DNA from: Eledone cirrhosa
Lineage: Eukaryota
Length of the DNA stretch: 64,000 nt
Direction of reading: 5' to 3'
NCBI GenBank assembly: GCA_964016885.1
Contig: CAXHJY010000898.1
Coordinates: 1 to 64,000 of the forward strand
Numbering within the stretch: the stretch's first letter is position 1; the number at the start of each line of letters is the position of its first letter. The notes below the pieces were generated by a model, which saw only the letters and a program-made list of their open reading frames with translations, was not told the DNA's origin and did not search any database. Shown here in pieces: positions 12,801 through 25,269 of this stretch. A program made the translations under genes and the position numbers.

Positions 12801-15800
12801 GGATAGCTAGGATAGCTTAGCTTAGGATAGCTTAGCTTAGCTTAGCTTAGGATAGCTTAGCTTAGCTTAGCTTAGGATAGCTTAGCTTAGGATAGCTTAG
12901 GATTGCTTAGCTTAGCTTAGCTTAGGATAGCTTAGCTTAGCTTAGCTTAGATAGCTTAGCTTAGCTTAGGATAGCTTAGCTTAGCTTAGCTTAGGATAGC
13001 TTAGCTTAGCTTAGCTTAGGATAGCTTAGCTTAGCTTAGCTTAGGATAGCTTAGGATAGCTTAGGATAGCTTAGCTTAGCTTAGCTTAGGATAGCTTAGC
13101 TTAGCTTAGGATAGCTTAGCTTAGCTTAGGGATAGCTTAGCTTAGCTTAGGATAGCTTAGCTTAGCTTAGCTTAGGATAGCTTAGCTTAGCTTAGCTTAG
13201 GATAGCTTAGCTTAGCTAGCTTAGGATAGCTTAGCTTAGCTTAGCTTAGGATAGCTTAGCTTAGCTTAGGATAGATTAGCTTAGCTTAGGATAGCTTAGC
13301 TTAGCTTAGCTTAGGAAAGCTTAGCTTAGCTTAGGATAGCTTAGCTTAGCTTAGCTTAGGAGAGCTTAGCTTAGCTTAGCTAGGATTAGCTTAGCTTAGC
13401 TTAGCTTAGGATAGCTTAGCTTAGCTTAGCTTAGGTAGCTTAGCTTAGCTTAGCTTAGGATAGCTTAGCTTAGCTTAGCTTAGCTTAGCTTAGGATAGCT
13501 TAGCTTAGCTTAGCTTAGGAGAGCTTAGCTTAGCTTAGCTTAGGATAGCTTAGGATAGCTTAGCTTAGGATAGCTTAGGATAGCTTACCTTAGGAGACTT
13601 AGCTAGGATAGGCTTAGCTTAGGATAGCTTAGGATAGCTAGCTTAGATAGCTTAGCTTAGGATAGCTTAGCTTAGATAGCTTAGGATAGCTTAGCTTAGC
13701 TTAGCTTAGGATAGCTTAGCTTAGCTTAGCTTAGGATACTTAGCTTAGGTTAGCTTAGCTTAGCTAGGCTTAGCTTAGGATAGCTTAGCTTAGGATAGCT
13801 TAGGAGTAGCTTAGGATAGCTTAGCTTAGGATAGCTTAGCTTAGGATAGCTTAGGATAGCTTAGCTTAGATAGCTTAGGATAGCTTAGCTTGGATGCTTA
13901 GCTTAGGATAGCTTAGATAGCTTAGCTAGCTTAGCTTAGGAGCTTAGCTTAGCTTAGCTTAGGATAGCTTAGCTTACTTAGGATAGCTTAGCTTAGCTTA
14001 GCTTAGATAGCTTAGGATAGCTTAGCTTAGGATAGCTTAGGATAGCTTAGCTTAGGATAGCTTAGATAGCTTAGGATAGCTTAGCTTAGCGTTAGCTTAG
14101 GATAGCTTAGCTTAGCTTAGCTTAGGATAGCTTAGCTTAGCTTAGCTTAGGATAGCTTAGCTTAGCTTAGGATAGCTTAGCCTTAGCTTAGCTTAGGATA
14201 GTTGCTTAGGCTTAGCTTAGCTTAGGACAGCTTAGCTAGCTTAGCTTAGGATAGCTAGCTTAGCTTAGGATAGCTTAGCTTAGCTTAGCTTAGGATAGCT
14301 TAGCTTAGCTTAGCTTAGGATAGCTTAGCTTATGGAGTAGCTTAGCTTAGGATAGCTTAGCTTAGGTTAGCTTAGCTTAGCTTAGCTTAGGATAGCTTAG
14401 GATAGCTTAGGCTTAGGATAGCTTAGCTTAGCTTAGCTTCTTAGCTTAGCTTAGGATAGCTTAGCTTAGCTTAGCTTAGGATAGCTTAGCTTAGCTTAGC
14501 TTAGGATAGCTTAGCTTAGCTTAGCTTAGGATAGCTTAGCTTAGGATAGCTTAGGATAGCTTAGCTTAGCTTAGGATAGCTTAGCTTAGCTTAGCTTAGG
14601 ATAGCTTAGCTTAGCTTAGGATAGCTTAGCTTAGCTTAGCTTAGGATAGCTTAGCTTAGCTTAGCTTAGGATAGCTTAGCTTAGGATAGCTTAGGATTGC
14701 TTAGCTTAGCTTAGCTTAGGATAGCTTAGCTTAGCTTAGCTTAGGATAGCTTAGCTTAGCTTAGGATAGCTTAGCTTAGCTTAGCTTAGGATAGCTTAGC
14801 TTAGCTTAGCTTAGGATAGCTTAGCTTAGCTTAGCTTAGGATAGCTTAGGATAGCTTAGGATAGCTTAGCTTAGCTTAGCTTAGGATAGCTTAGCTTAGC
14901 TTAGGATAGCTTAGCTTAGCTTAGGATAGCTTAGCTTAGCTTAGGATAGCTTAGCTTAGCTTAGCTTAGGATAGCTTAGCTTAGCTTAGCTTAGGATAGC
15001 TTAGCTTAGCTTAGCTTAGGATAGCTTAGCTTAGCTTAGCTTAGGATAGCTTAGCTTAGCTTAGGATAGATTAGCTTAGCTTAGGATAGCTTAGCTTAGC
15101 TTAGCTTAGGAAAGCTTAGCTTAGCTTAGGATAGCTTAGCTTAGCTTAGCTTAGGAGAGCTTAGCTTAGCTTAGCTTAGGATAGCTTAGCTTAGCTTAGC
15201 TTAGGATAGCTTAGCTTAGCTTAGCTTAGGTAGCTTAGCTTAGCTTAGCTTAGGATAGCTTAGCTTAGCTTAGCTTAGCTTAGCTTAGGATAGCTTAGCT
15301 TAGCTTAGCTTAGGAGAGCTTAGCTTAGCTTAGCTTAGGATAGCTTAGGATAGCTTAGCTTAGGATAGCTTAGGATAGCTTACCTTAGGAGAGCTTAGCT
15401 TAGGATAGCTTAGCTTAGGATAGCTTAGGATAGCTTAGCTTAGGATAGCTTAGCTTAGGATAGCTTAGCTTAGGATAGCTTAGGATAGCTTAGCTTAGCT
15501 TAGCTTAGGATAGCTTAGCTTAGCTTAGCTTAGGATAGCTTAGCTTAGGTTAGCTTAGCTTAGCTTAGCTTAACTTAGGATAGCTTAGCTTAGGATAGCT
15601 TAGGATAGCTTAGGATAGCTTAGCTTAGGATAGCTTAGCTTAGGATAGCTTAGGATAGCTTAGCTTAGGATAGCTTAGGATAGCTTAGCTTAGGATAGCT
15701 TAGCTTAGGATAGCTTAGGATAGCTTAGCTTAGCTTAGCTTAGGATAGCTTAGCTTAGCTTAGCTTAGGATAGCTTAGCTTAGCTTAGGATAGCTTAGCT

Positions 15801-16330
15801 TAGCTTAGCTTAGGATAGCTTAGGATAGCTTAGCTTAGGATAGCTTAGGATAGCTTAGCTTAGGATAGCTTAGGATAGCTTAGGATAGCTTAGCTTAGCT
15901 TAGCTTAGGATAGCTTAGCTTAGCTTAGCTTAGGATAGCTTAGCTTAGCTTAGCTTAGGATAGCTTAGCTTAGCTTAGGATAGCTTAGCTTAGCTTAGCT
16001 TAGGATAGCTTAGCTTAGCTTAGCTTAGGACAGCTTAGCTTAGCTTAGCTTAGGATAGCTTAGCTTAGCTTAGGATAGCTTAGCTTAGCTTAGCTTAGGA
16101 TAGCTTAGCTTAGCTTAGCTTAGGATAGCTTAGCTTAGGATAGCTTAGCTTAGGATAGCTTAGCTTAGGTTAGCTTAGCTTAGCTTAGCTTAGGATAGCT
16201 TAGGATAGCTTAGCTTAGGATAGCTTAGCTTAGCTTAGCTTAGCATAGCTTAGCTTAGCTTAGCTTAGGATAGATTAGCTTAGCTTAGCTTAGGATAGCT
16301 TAGCTTAGCTTAGCTTAGGATAGCTTAGCT
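9850..16330. repeat. Three related copies of a ~1.8-2.1 kb higher-order block; middle copy indel-rich
   Basis: GGATT at 10046/12900/14694, CCTTAGGAGA at 11130/13588/15383, GGACA at 11795/14225/16028; copy 2 to copy 3 offset 1794-1803. Confidence 0.85.
12000..14450. other. Indel-rich segment of the array, probable low-quality consensus
   Basis: Many 1-bp gains and losses (GCTA, GATA, GGAATA, GGGATA, GGCTTA, GCCTTA, GCGTTA), densest at 13.6-14.45 kb and absent from the flanking homologous copies. Confidence 0.85.
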
Positions 16331-19079
16331 TAGGATAGCTTAGGATAGCTTAGCTTAGCTTAGGATAGCTTAGCTTAGCTTAGGATAGCTTAGCTTAGCT
16401 TAGGATAGCTTAGCTTAGCTTAGCTTAGGATAGCTTAGCTTAGCTTAGCTTAGGATAGCTTAGCTTAGCTTAGCTTAGGATAGCTTAGGATAGCTTAGGA
16501 TAGCTTAGCTTAGCTTAGCTTAGGATAGCTTAGCTTAGCTTAGCTTAGGATAGCTTAGCTTAGCTTAGCTTAGGATAGCTTAGCTTAGCTTAGGATAGCT
16601 TAGCTTAGCTTAGCTTAGGATAGCTTAGCTTAGCTTAGCTTAGGATAGCTTAGCTTAGCTTAGCTTAGGATAGATTAGCTTAGCTTAGGATAGCTTAGCT
16701 TAGCTTAGCTTAGGAAAGCTTAGCTTAGCTTAGGATAGCTTAGCTTTGCTTAGCTTAGGATAGCTTAGGATAGCTTAGCTTAGGATAGCTTAGGATAGCT
16801 TAGCTTAGGATAGCTTAGGATAGCTTAGGTTAGGATAGCTTAGCTTAGGATAGCTTAGGATAGCTTAGCTTAGGATAGCTTAGGATAGCTTAGCTTAGGA
16901 TAGCTTAGGATAGCTTAGCTTAGGATAGCTTAGCTTAGGATAGCTTAGGAAAGCTTAGCTTAGCTTAGCTTAGGATAGCTTAGCTTAGCTTAGCTTAGGA
17001 TAGCTTAGCTTAGCTTAGCTTAGGATAGCTTAGGATAGCTTAGCTTAGGATAGCTTAGGATAGCTTAGCTTAGGATAGCTTAGCTTATGATAGCTTAGGA
17101 TAGCTTAGCTTAGGATAGCTTAGGATAGCTTAGCTTAGGATAGCTTAGCTTAGGATAGCTTAGGATAGCTTAGCTTAGCTTAGCTTAGGATAGCTTAGCT
17201 TAGCTTAGCTTAGGATAGCTTAGCTTAGCTTAGCTTAGGATAGCTTAGCTTAGCTTAGGATAGCTTAGGATAGCTTAGCTTAGGATAGCTTAGGATAGCT
17301 TAGCTTAGGATAGCTTAGGATAGCTTAGCTTAGGATAGCTTAGGATAGCTTAGCTTAGGATAGCTTAGCTTAGGATAGCTTAGCTTAGCTTAGCTTAGGA
17401 TAGCTTAGCTTAGGATAGCTTAGGATAGCTTAGCTTAGGATAGCTTAGGATAGCTTAGCTTAGCTTAGCTTAGGATAGCTTAGCTTAGCTTAGCTTAGGA
17501 TAGCTTAGCTTAGCTTAGCTTAGGATAGCTTAGCTTAGCTTAGCTTAGGATAGCTTAGGATAGCTTAGCTTAGCTTAGCTTAGCTTAGGATAGCTTAGCT
17601 TAGCTTAGCTTAGGATAGCTTAGCTTAGCTTAGCTTAGGATAGCTTAGCTTAGCTTAGCTTAGGATAGCTTAGCTTAGATTAGCTTAGGATAGCTTAGCT
17701 TAGCTTAGCTTAGGATAGCTTAGGTTAGCTTAGGATAGCTTAGCTTAGGATAGCTTAGCTTAGGATAGCTTAGCTTAGGTTAGCTTAGCTTAGCTTAGGA
17801 TAGCTTAGGATAGCTTAGCTTAGGATAGCTTAGCTTAGCTTAGGATAGCTTAGCTTAGCTTAGGATAGCTTAGCTTAGCTTAGCTTAGCTTAGGATAGCT
17901 TAGCTTAGGATAGCTTAGGATAGCTTAGCTTAGCTTAGGATAGCTTAGCTTAGCTTAGCTTAGGATAGCTTAGCTTAGCTTAGCTTAGGATAGCTTAGGA
18001 TAGCTTAGCTTAGCTTAGCTTAGGATAGCTTAGCTTAGCTTAGCTTAGGATAGCTTAGCTTAGCTTAGCTTAGGATAGCTTAGCTTAGCTTAGGATAGCT
18101 TAGCTTAGCTTAGCTTAGCTTAGGATAGCTTAGCTTAGCTTAGCTTAGGATAGCTTAGCTTAGCTTAGGATAGCTTAGCTTAGCTTAGCTTAGGATAGCT
18201 TAGCTTAGCTTAGCTTAGGATAGCTTAGCTTAGCTTAGCTTAGGATAGCTTAGCTTAGCTTAGCTTAGGATAGCTTAGCTTAGCTTAGGATAGCTTAGCT
18301 TAGCTTAGGATAGCTTAGCTTAGCTTAGCTTAGCTTAGCTTAGGATAGCTTAGCTTAGCTTAGCTTAGGATAGCTTAGCTTAGCTTAGCTTAGGATAGCT
18401 TAGCTTAGCTTAGCTTAGGATAGCTTAGCTTAGCTTAGGATAGCTTAGCTTAGCTTAGCTTAGGATAGCTTAGCTTAGCTGAGCTTAGGATAGCTTAGGA
18501 TAGCTTAGCTTAGGATAGCTTAGGATAGCTTACCTTAGGAGAGCTTAGCTTAGGAAAGCTTAGCTTAGGATAGCTTAGGATAGCTTAGCTTAGGATAGCT
18601 TAGCTTAGGATAGCTTAGCTTAGGATAGCTTAGGATAGCTTAGCTTAGCTTAGCTTAGGATAGCTTAGCTTAGCTTAGCTTAGGATAGCTTAGCTTAGCT
18701 TAGCTTAGGATAGCTTAGCTTAGCTTAGCTTAGGATAGCTTAGGATAGCTTAGCTTAGGATAGCTTAGGATAGCTTAGCTTAGGATAGCTTAGGATAGCT
18801 TAGCTTAGGATAGCTTAGCTTAGGATAGCTTAGGATAGCTTAGCTTAGCTTAGCTTAGGATAGCTTAGGATAGCTTAGCTTAGGATAGCTTAGCTAAGCT
18901 TAGCTTAGGATAGCTTAGCTTAGCTTAGCTTAGAATAGCTTAGCTTAGGATAGCTTAGCTTAGGATAGCTTAGCTTAGGATAGCTTAGGATAGCTTAGCT
19001 TAGGATAGCTTAGGATAGCTTAGCTTAGGATAGCTTAGCTTAGCTTAGCTTAGGATAGCTTAGCTTAGCTTAGGATAGC

Positions 19080-19660
19080 TTAGCTTAGCTTAGCTTAGGA
19101 TAGCTTAGCTTAGGATAGCTTAGGAAAGCTTAGCTTAGCTTAGCTTAGGATAGCTTAGCTTAGCTTAGCTTAGGATAGCTTAGCTTAGCTTAGGATAGCT
19201 TAGCTTAGCTTAGGATAGCTTAGCTTAGCTTAGCTTAGGATAGCTTAGCTTAGCTTAGCTTAGGATAGCTTAGCTTAGCTTAGCATAGGATAGCTTAGCT
19301 TAGCTTAGCTTAGGATAGCTTAGCTTAGCTTAGCTTAGGATAGCTTAGCTTAGGATAGCTTAGCTTAGCTTAGCTTAGGATAGCTTAGCTTAGCTTAGGA
19401 TAGCTTAGCTTAGGATAGCTTAGGAAAGCTTAGCTTAGCTTAGCTTAGGATAGCTTAGCTTAGCTTAGCTTAGGATAGCTTAGCTTAGCTTAGGATAGCT
19501 TAGCTTAGCTTAGCTTAGGATAGCTTAGCTTAGCTTAGCTTAGGATAGCTTAGCTTAGCTTAGCATAGGATAGCTTAGCTTAGCTTAGCTTAGGATAGCT
19601 TAGCTTAGCTTAGCTTAGGATAGCTTAGCTTAGGATAGCTTAGCTTAGCTTAGCTTAGGA
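19080..19660. repeat. Local ~290-bp tandem duplication
   Basis: GGAAA at 19123/19423 and GCATA at 19283/19563; the homologous region at 3.55-3.8 kb has this pair only once. Confidence 0.7.
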
Positions 19661-22600
19661 TAGCTTAGCTTAGCTTAGCTTAGGATAGCTTAGCTTAGCT
19701 TAGCTTAGGATAGCTTAGCTTAGCTTAGCTTAGGATAGCTTAGCTTAGATTAGCTTAGGATAGCTTCGCTTAGCTTAGCTTAGGATAGCTTAGCTTAGTT
19801 TAGGAAAGCTTAGCTTAGCTTAGCTTAGGATAGCTTAGCTTAGCTTAGGATAGCTTAGCTTAGCTTAGGATAGCTTAGCTTAGCTTAGCTTAGGATAGCT
19901 TAGCTTAGCTTAGCTTAGGATAGCTTAGCTTAGCATAGGATAGCTTAGCTTAGCTTAGCTTAGGATAGCTTAGCTTAGCTTAGCTTAGGATAGCTTAGCT
20001 TAGGATAGCTTAGCCTAGCTTAGCTTAGGATAGCTTAGGATAGCTTAGCTTAGGATAGCTTAGCTTAGGATAGCTTAGGAAAGCTTAGCTTAGCTTAGCT
20101 TAGGATAGCTTAGCTTAGCTTAGCTTAGGATAGCTTAGCTTAGCTTAGCTTAGGATAGCTTAGGATAGCTTAGCTTAGGATAGCTTAGGATAGCTTAGCT
20201 TAGGATAGCTTAGCTTAGGATAGCTTAGCTTAGGATAGCTTAGGATAGCTTAGCTTAGGATAGCTTAGGATAGCTTAGCTTAGCTTAGCTTAGGTTAGCT
20301 TAGCTTAGCTTAGCTTAGGATAGCTTAGCTTAGCTTAGCTTAGGATAGCTTAGGATAGCTTAGCTTAGGATAGCTTAGGATAGCTTAGCTTAGGATAGCT
20401 TAGGATAGCTTAGCTTAGGAAGCTTAGGATAGCTTAGCTTAGGATAGCTTAGCTTAGAATAGCTTATCTTAGCTTAGCTTAGCTTAGGATAGCTTAGGAT
20501 AGCTTAGCTTAGGATAGCTTAGCTTAGCTTAGCTTAGGATAGCTTAGCTTAGCTTAGGATAGCTTAGCTTAGCTTAGCTTAGAATAGCTTAGCTTAGCTT
20601 AGGATAGCTTAGCTTAGCTTAGCTTAGGATAGCTTAGCTTAGCTTAGGATAGCTTAGCTTAGCTTAGCTTAGGATAGCTTAGCTTAGCTTAGCTTAGCTT
20701 AGGATAGCTTAGGATAGCTTAGCTTAGGATAGCTTAGCTTAGGTTAGCTTAGCTTAGCTTAGCTTAGGATAGCTTAGGATAGCTTAGCTTAGGATAGCTT
20801 AGCTTAGCTTAGCTTAGGATAGCTTAGCTTAGCTTAGCTTAGGAGAGCTTAGCTTAGCTTAGCTTAGGATAGCTTAGCTTAGGATAGCTTAGGATAGCTT
20901 AGCTTAGCTTAGGATAGCTTAGCTTAGCTTAGCTTAGGATAGCTTAGCTTAGCTTAGGATAGCTTAGCTTAGCTTAGCTTAGGATAGCTTAGCTTAGCTT
21001 AGCTTAGGATAGCTTAGCTTAGCTTAGCTTAGGATAGCTTAGCTTAGCTTAGGATAGCTTAGGATAGCTTAGGATAGCTTAGCTTAGCTTAGGATAGCTT
21101 AGCTTAGCTTAGCTTATGATAGCTTAGCTTAGCTTAGCTTAGGATAGCTTAGCTTAGCTTAGGATAGCTTAGCTTAGCTTAGCTTAGGATAGCTTAGCTT
21201 AGCTTAGCTTAGGATAGCTTAGCTTAGCTTAGCTTAGGATAGATTAGCTTAGCTTAGCTTAGGATAGCTTAGCTTAGCTTAGCTTAGGATAGCTTAGCTT
21301 AGCTTAGCTTAGGATAGCTTAGCTTAGCTTAGGATAGCTTAGCTTAGCTTAGCTTAGGATAGCTTAGCTTAGCTTAGGATAGCTTAGCTTAGCTTAGCTT
21401 AGCTTAGGAGAGCTTAGCTTAGCTTAGCTTAGGATAGCTTAGCTTAGCTTAGCTTAGGATAGCTTAGCTTAGCTTAGGATAGCTTAGCTTAGCTTAGCTT
21501 ATCTTAACTTAGGATAGCTTAGCTTAGCTTAGCTTAGCTTAGGATAGCTTAGCTTAGCTTAGCTTAGGATAGCTTAGGATAGCTTAGCTTAGGATAGCTT
21601 AGGATAGCTTACCTTAGGATAGCTTAGCTTAGGATAGCTTAGCTTAGGATAGCTTAGGATAGCTTAGCTTAGCTTAGCTTAGGATAACTTAGCTTAGCTT
21701 AGCTTAGGATAGCTTAGCTTAGCTTAGCTTAGGATAGCTTAGCTTAGCTTAGGATAGCTTAGCTTAGCTTAGCTTAGGATAGCTTAGCTTAGCTTAGCTT
21801 AGGATAGCTTAGCTTAGGATAGCTTAGCTTAGGATAGCTTAGCTTAGGATAGCTTAGGATAGCTTAGCTTAGGATAGCTTAGGATAGCTTAGCTTCGGAT
21901 AGCTTAGCTTAGCTAAGGATTGCTTAGCTTAGGATAGCTTAGGATAGCTTAGCTTAGCTTAGCTTAGGATAGCTTAGCTTAGCTTAGGATAGCTTATCTT
22001 AGCTTAGGATAGCTTAGCTTAGCTTAGGATAGCTTAGCTTAGCTTAGGATAGCTTAGCTTAGCTTAGCTTAGGATAGCTTAGCTTAGCTTAGCTTAGGAT
22101 AGCTTAGCTTAGCTTAGCTTAGGATAGCTTAGCTTACCTTAGCTTAGGATAGCTTAGCTTAGCTTAGCTTAGGAGAGCTTAGCTTAGCTTAGCTTAGGAT
22201 AGCTTAGCTTAGCTTAGGATAGCTTAGCTTAGCTTAGCTTAGGATAGCTTAGCTTAGCTTAGTTTAGGATAGCTTAGCTTAGCTTAGCTTAGCTTAGGAT
22301 AGCTTAGCTTAGCTTAGCTTAGCTTAGGATAGCTTATCTTAGCTTAGGATAGCTTAGCTTAGCTTAGCTTAGGATAGCTTAGCTTAGCTTAGGATAGCTT
22401 AGCTTAGCTTAGCTTAGGATAGCTTAGCTTAGCTTAGCTTAGGATAGCTTAGCTTAGCTTAGCTTAGCTTAGGATAGTTTAGCTTAGCTTAGCTTAGCTT
22501 AGGATAGCTTAGCTTAGCTTAGGATAGCTTAGGATAGCTTAGCTTAGGATAGCTTAGCATAGCTTAGCTTAGGATAGCTTAGCTTAGGATAGCTTAGCTT

Positions 22601-25269
22601 AGGATAGCTTAGGATAGCTTAGCTTAGCTTAGCTTAGGATAGCTTAGCTTAGCTTAGCTTAGGATAGCTTAGCTTAGCTTAGCTTAGCTTAGGATAGCTT
22701 AGCTTAGGATAGCTTAGGATAGCTTAGCTTAGGAAAGCTTAGGATAGCTTAGCTTAGGATAGCTTAGGATAGCTTAGCTTAGGATAGCTTAGGATAGCTT
22801 AGCTTAGCTTAGCTTAGGATAGCTTAGCTTAGCTTAGCCTAGGTAGCTTAGCTTAGCTTAGCTTAGGATAGCTTAGGATAGCTTAGCTTAGGATAGCTTA
22901 GGATAGCTTAGCTTATGATAGCTTAGCTTAGGATAGCTTAGGATAGCTTAGCTTAGGATAGCTTAGCTTAGGATAGCTTAGGATAGCTTAGCTTAGCTTA
23001 GCTTAGGATAGCTTAGCTTAGCTTAGGATAGCTTAGCTTAGCTTAGCTTAGCTTAGGATAGCTTAGCTTAGCTTAGCTTAGGATAGCTTAGCTTAGCTTA
23101 GCTTAGGATAGCTTAGGATAGCTTAGCTTAGGATAGCTTAGGATAGCTTAGCTTAGGATAGCTTAGGATAGCTTAGCTTAGGATAGCTTAGGATAGCTTA
23201 GCTTAGGATAGCTTAGGATAGCTTAGCTTAGCTTAGCTTAGGATAGCTTAGCTTAGCTTAGCTTAGGTAGCTTAGCTTAGCTTAGCTTAGGATAGCTTAG
23301 GATAGCTTAGCTTAGGATAGCTTAGCTTAGCTTAGGATAGCTTAGCTTAGCTTAGCTTAGCTTAGCTTAGGATAGCTTAGCTTAGCTTAGCTTAGGATAG
23401 CTTAGCTTAGCTTAGGATAGCTTAGCTTAGCTTAGCTTAGGATAGCTTAGCTTAGCTTAGGATAGCTTAGCTTAGCTTAGCTTAGCTTAGGAGAGCTTAG
23501 CTTAGCTTAGCTTAGGATAGCTTAGCTTAGCTTAGCTTAGCTTAGGATAGCTTAGCTTAGCTTAGGATAGCTTAGCTTAGCTTAGCTTATCTTAGCTTAG
23601 GATAGCTTAGCTTAGCTTAGCTTAGGATAGCTTAGCTTAGCTTAGCTTAGGATAGCTTAGGATAGCTTAGCTTAGGATAGCTTAGGATAGCTTACCTTAG
23701 GATAGCTTAGCTTAGGATAGCTTAGCTTAGGATAGCTTAGGATAGCTTAGCTTAGCTTAGCTTAGGATAACTTAGCTTAGCTTAGCTTAGGATAGCTTAG
23801 CTTAGCTTAGCTTAGGATAGCTTAGCTTAGCTTAGGATAGCTTAGCTTAGCTTAGCTTAGGATAGCTTAGCTTAGCTTAGCTTAGGATAGCTTAGCTTAG
23901 GATAGCTTAGCTTAGGATAGCTTAGCTTAGGATAGCTTAGGATAGCTTAGCTTAGGATAGCTTAGGATAGCTTAGCTTCGGATAGCTTAGCTTAGCTAAG
24001 TATTGCTTAGCTTAGGATAGCTTAGGATAGCTTAGCTTAGCTTAGCTTAGGATAGCTTAGCTTAGCTTAGGATAGCTTATCTTAGCTTAGGATAGCTTAG
24101 CTTAGCTTAGGATAGCTTAGCTTAGCTTAGGATAGCTTAGCTTAGCTTAGCTTAGGATAGCTTAGCTTAGCTTAGCTTAGGATAGCTTAGCTTAGCTTAG
24201 CTTAGGATAGCTTAGGATAGCTTAGCTTAGCTTAGGATAGCTTAGCTTAGCTTAGCTTAGGATAGCTTAGCTTAGCTTAGCTTAGGATAGCTTAGGATAG
24301 CTTAGCTTAGGATAGCTTAGGATAGCTTAGCTTAGGATAGCTTAGGATAGCTTAGCTTAGGATAGCTTAGGATAGCTTAGCTTAGGATAGCTTAGCTTAG
24401 GATAGCTTAGCTTAGCTTAGCTTAGGAGAGCTTAGCTTAGGATAGCTTAGGATAGCTTAGCTTAGGATAGCTTAGCTTAGGATAGCTTAGGATAGCTTAG
24501 CTTAGCTTAGCTTAGGATAGCTTAGCTTAGCTTAGCTTAGGATAGCTTAGCTTAGCTTAGGATAGATTAGCTTAGCTTACCTTAGGATAGCTTAGCTTAG
24601 CTTAGCTTAGGATAGCTTAGCTTAGCTTAGCTTAGGATAGCTTAGCTTAGCTTAGGATAGCTTAGCTTAGCTTAGCTTAGGATAGCTTAGCTTAGCTTAG
24701 CTTAGGATTACTTAGCTTAGCTTAGCTTAGCTTAGGATAGCTTAGCTTAGGATAGCTTAGCTTAGCTTAGCTTAGGATAGCTTAGCTTAGCTTAGCTTAG
24801 CTTAGGATAGCTAAGCTTAGCTTAGGATAGCTTAGCTTAGCTTAGCTTAGGATAGCTTAGCTTAGCTTAGCTTAGCTTAGCTTAGGACAGCTTAGCTTAG
24901 CTTAGCTTAGGATAGCTTAGCTTAGCTTAGCTTAGGATAGCTTAGCTTAGCTTAGCTTAGTATAGCTTAGCTTAGCTTAGGATAGCTTAGGATAGCTTAG
25001 CTTAGGATAGCTTAGGATAGCTTAGCTTAGGATAGCTTAGGATAGCTTAGCTTAGGATAGCTTAGCTTAGGATAGCTTAGCTTAGCTTAGCTTAGGATAG
25101 CTTAGCTTGGGATAGCTTAGGATAGCTTAGCTTAGGAAAGCTTAGCTTAGGATAGCTTAGCTTAGGATAGCTTAGGATAGCTTAGCTTAGCTTAGCTTAG
25201 GATAGCTTAGCTTAGCTTAGCTTAGGATAGCTTAGCTTAGCTTAGGATAGCTTAGCTTAGCTTAGGATA

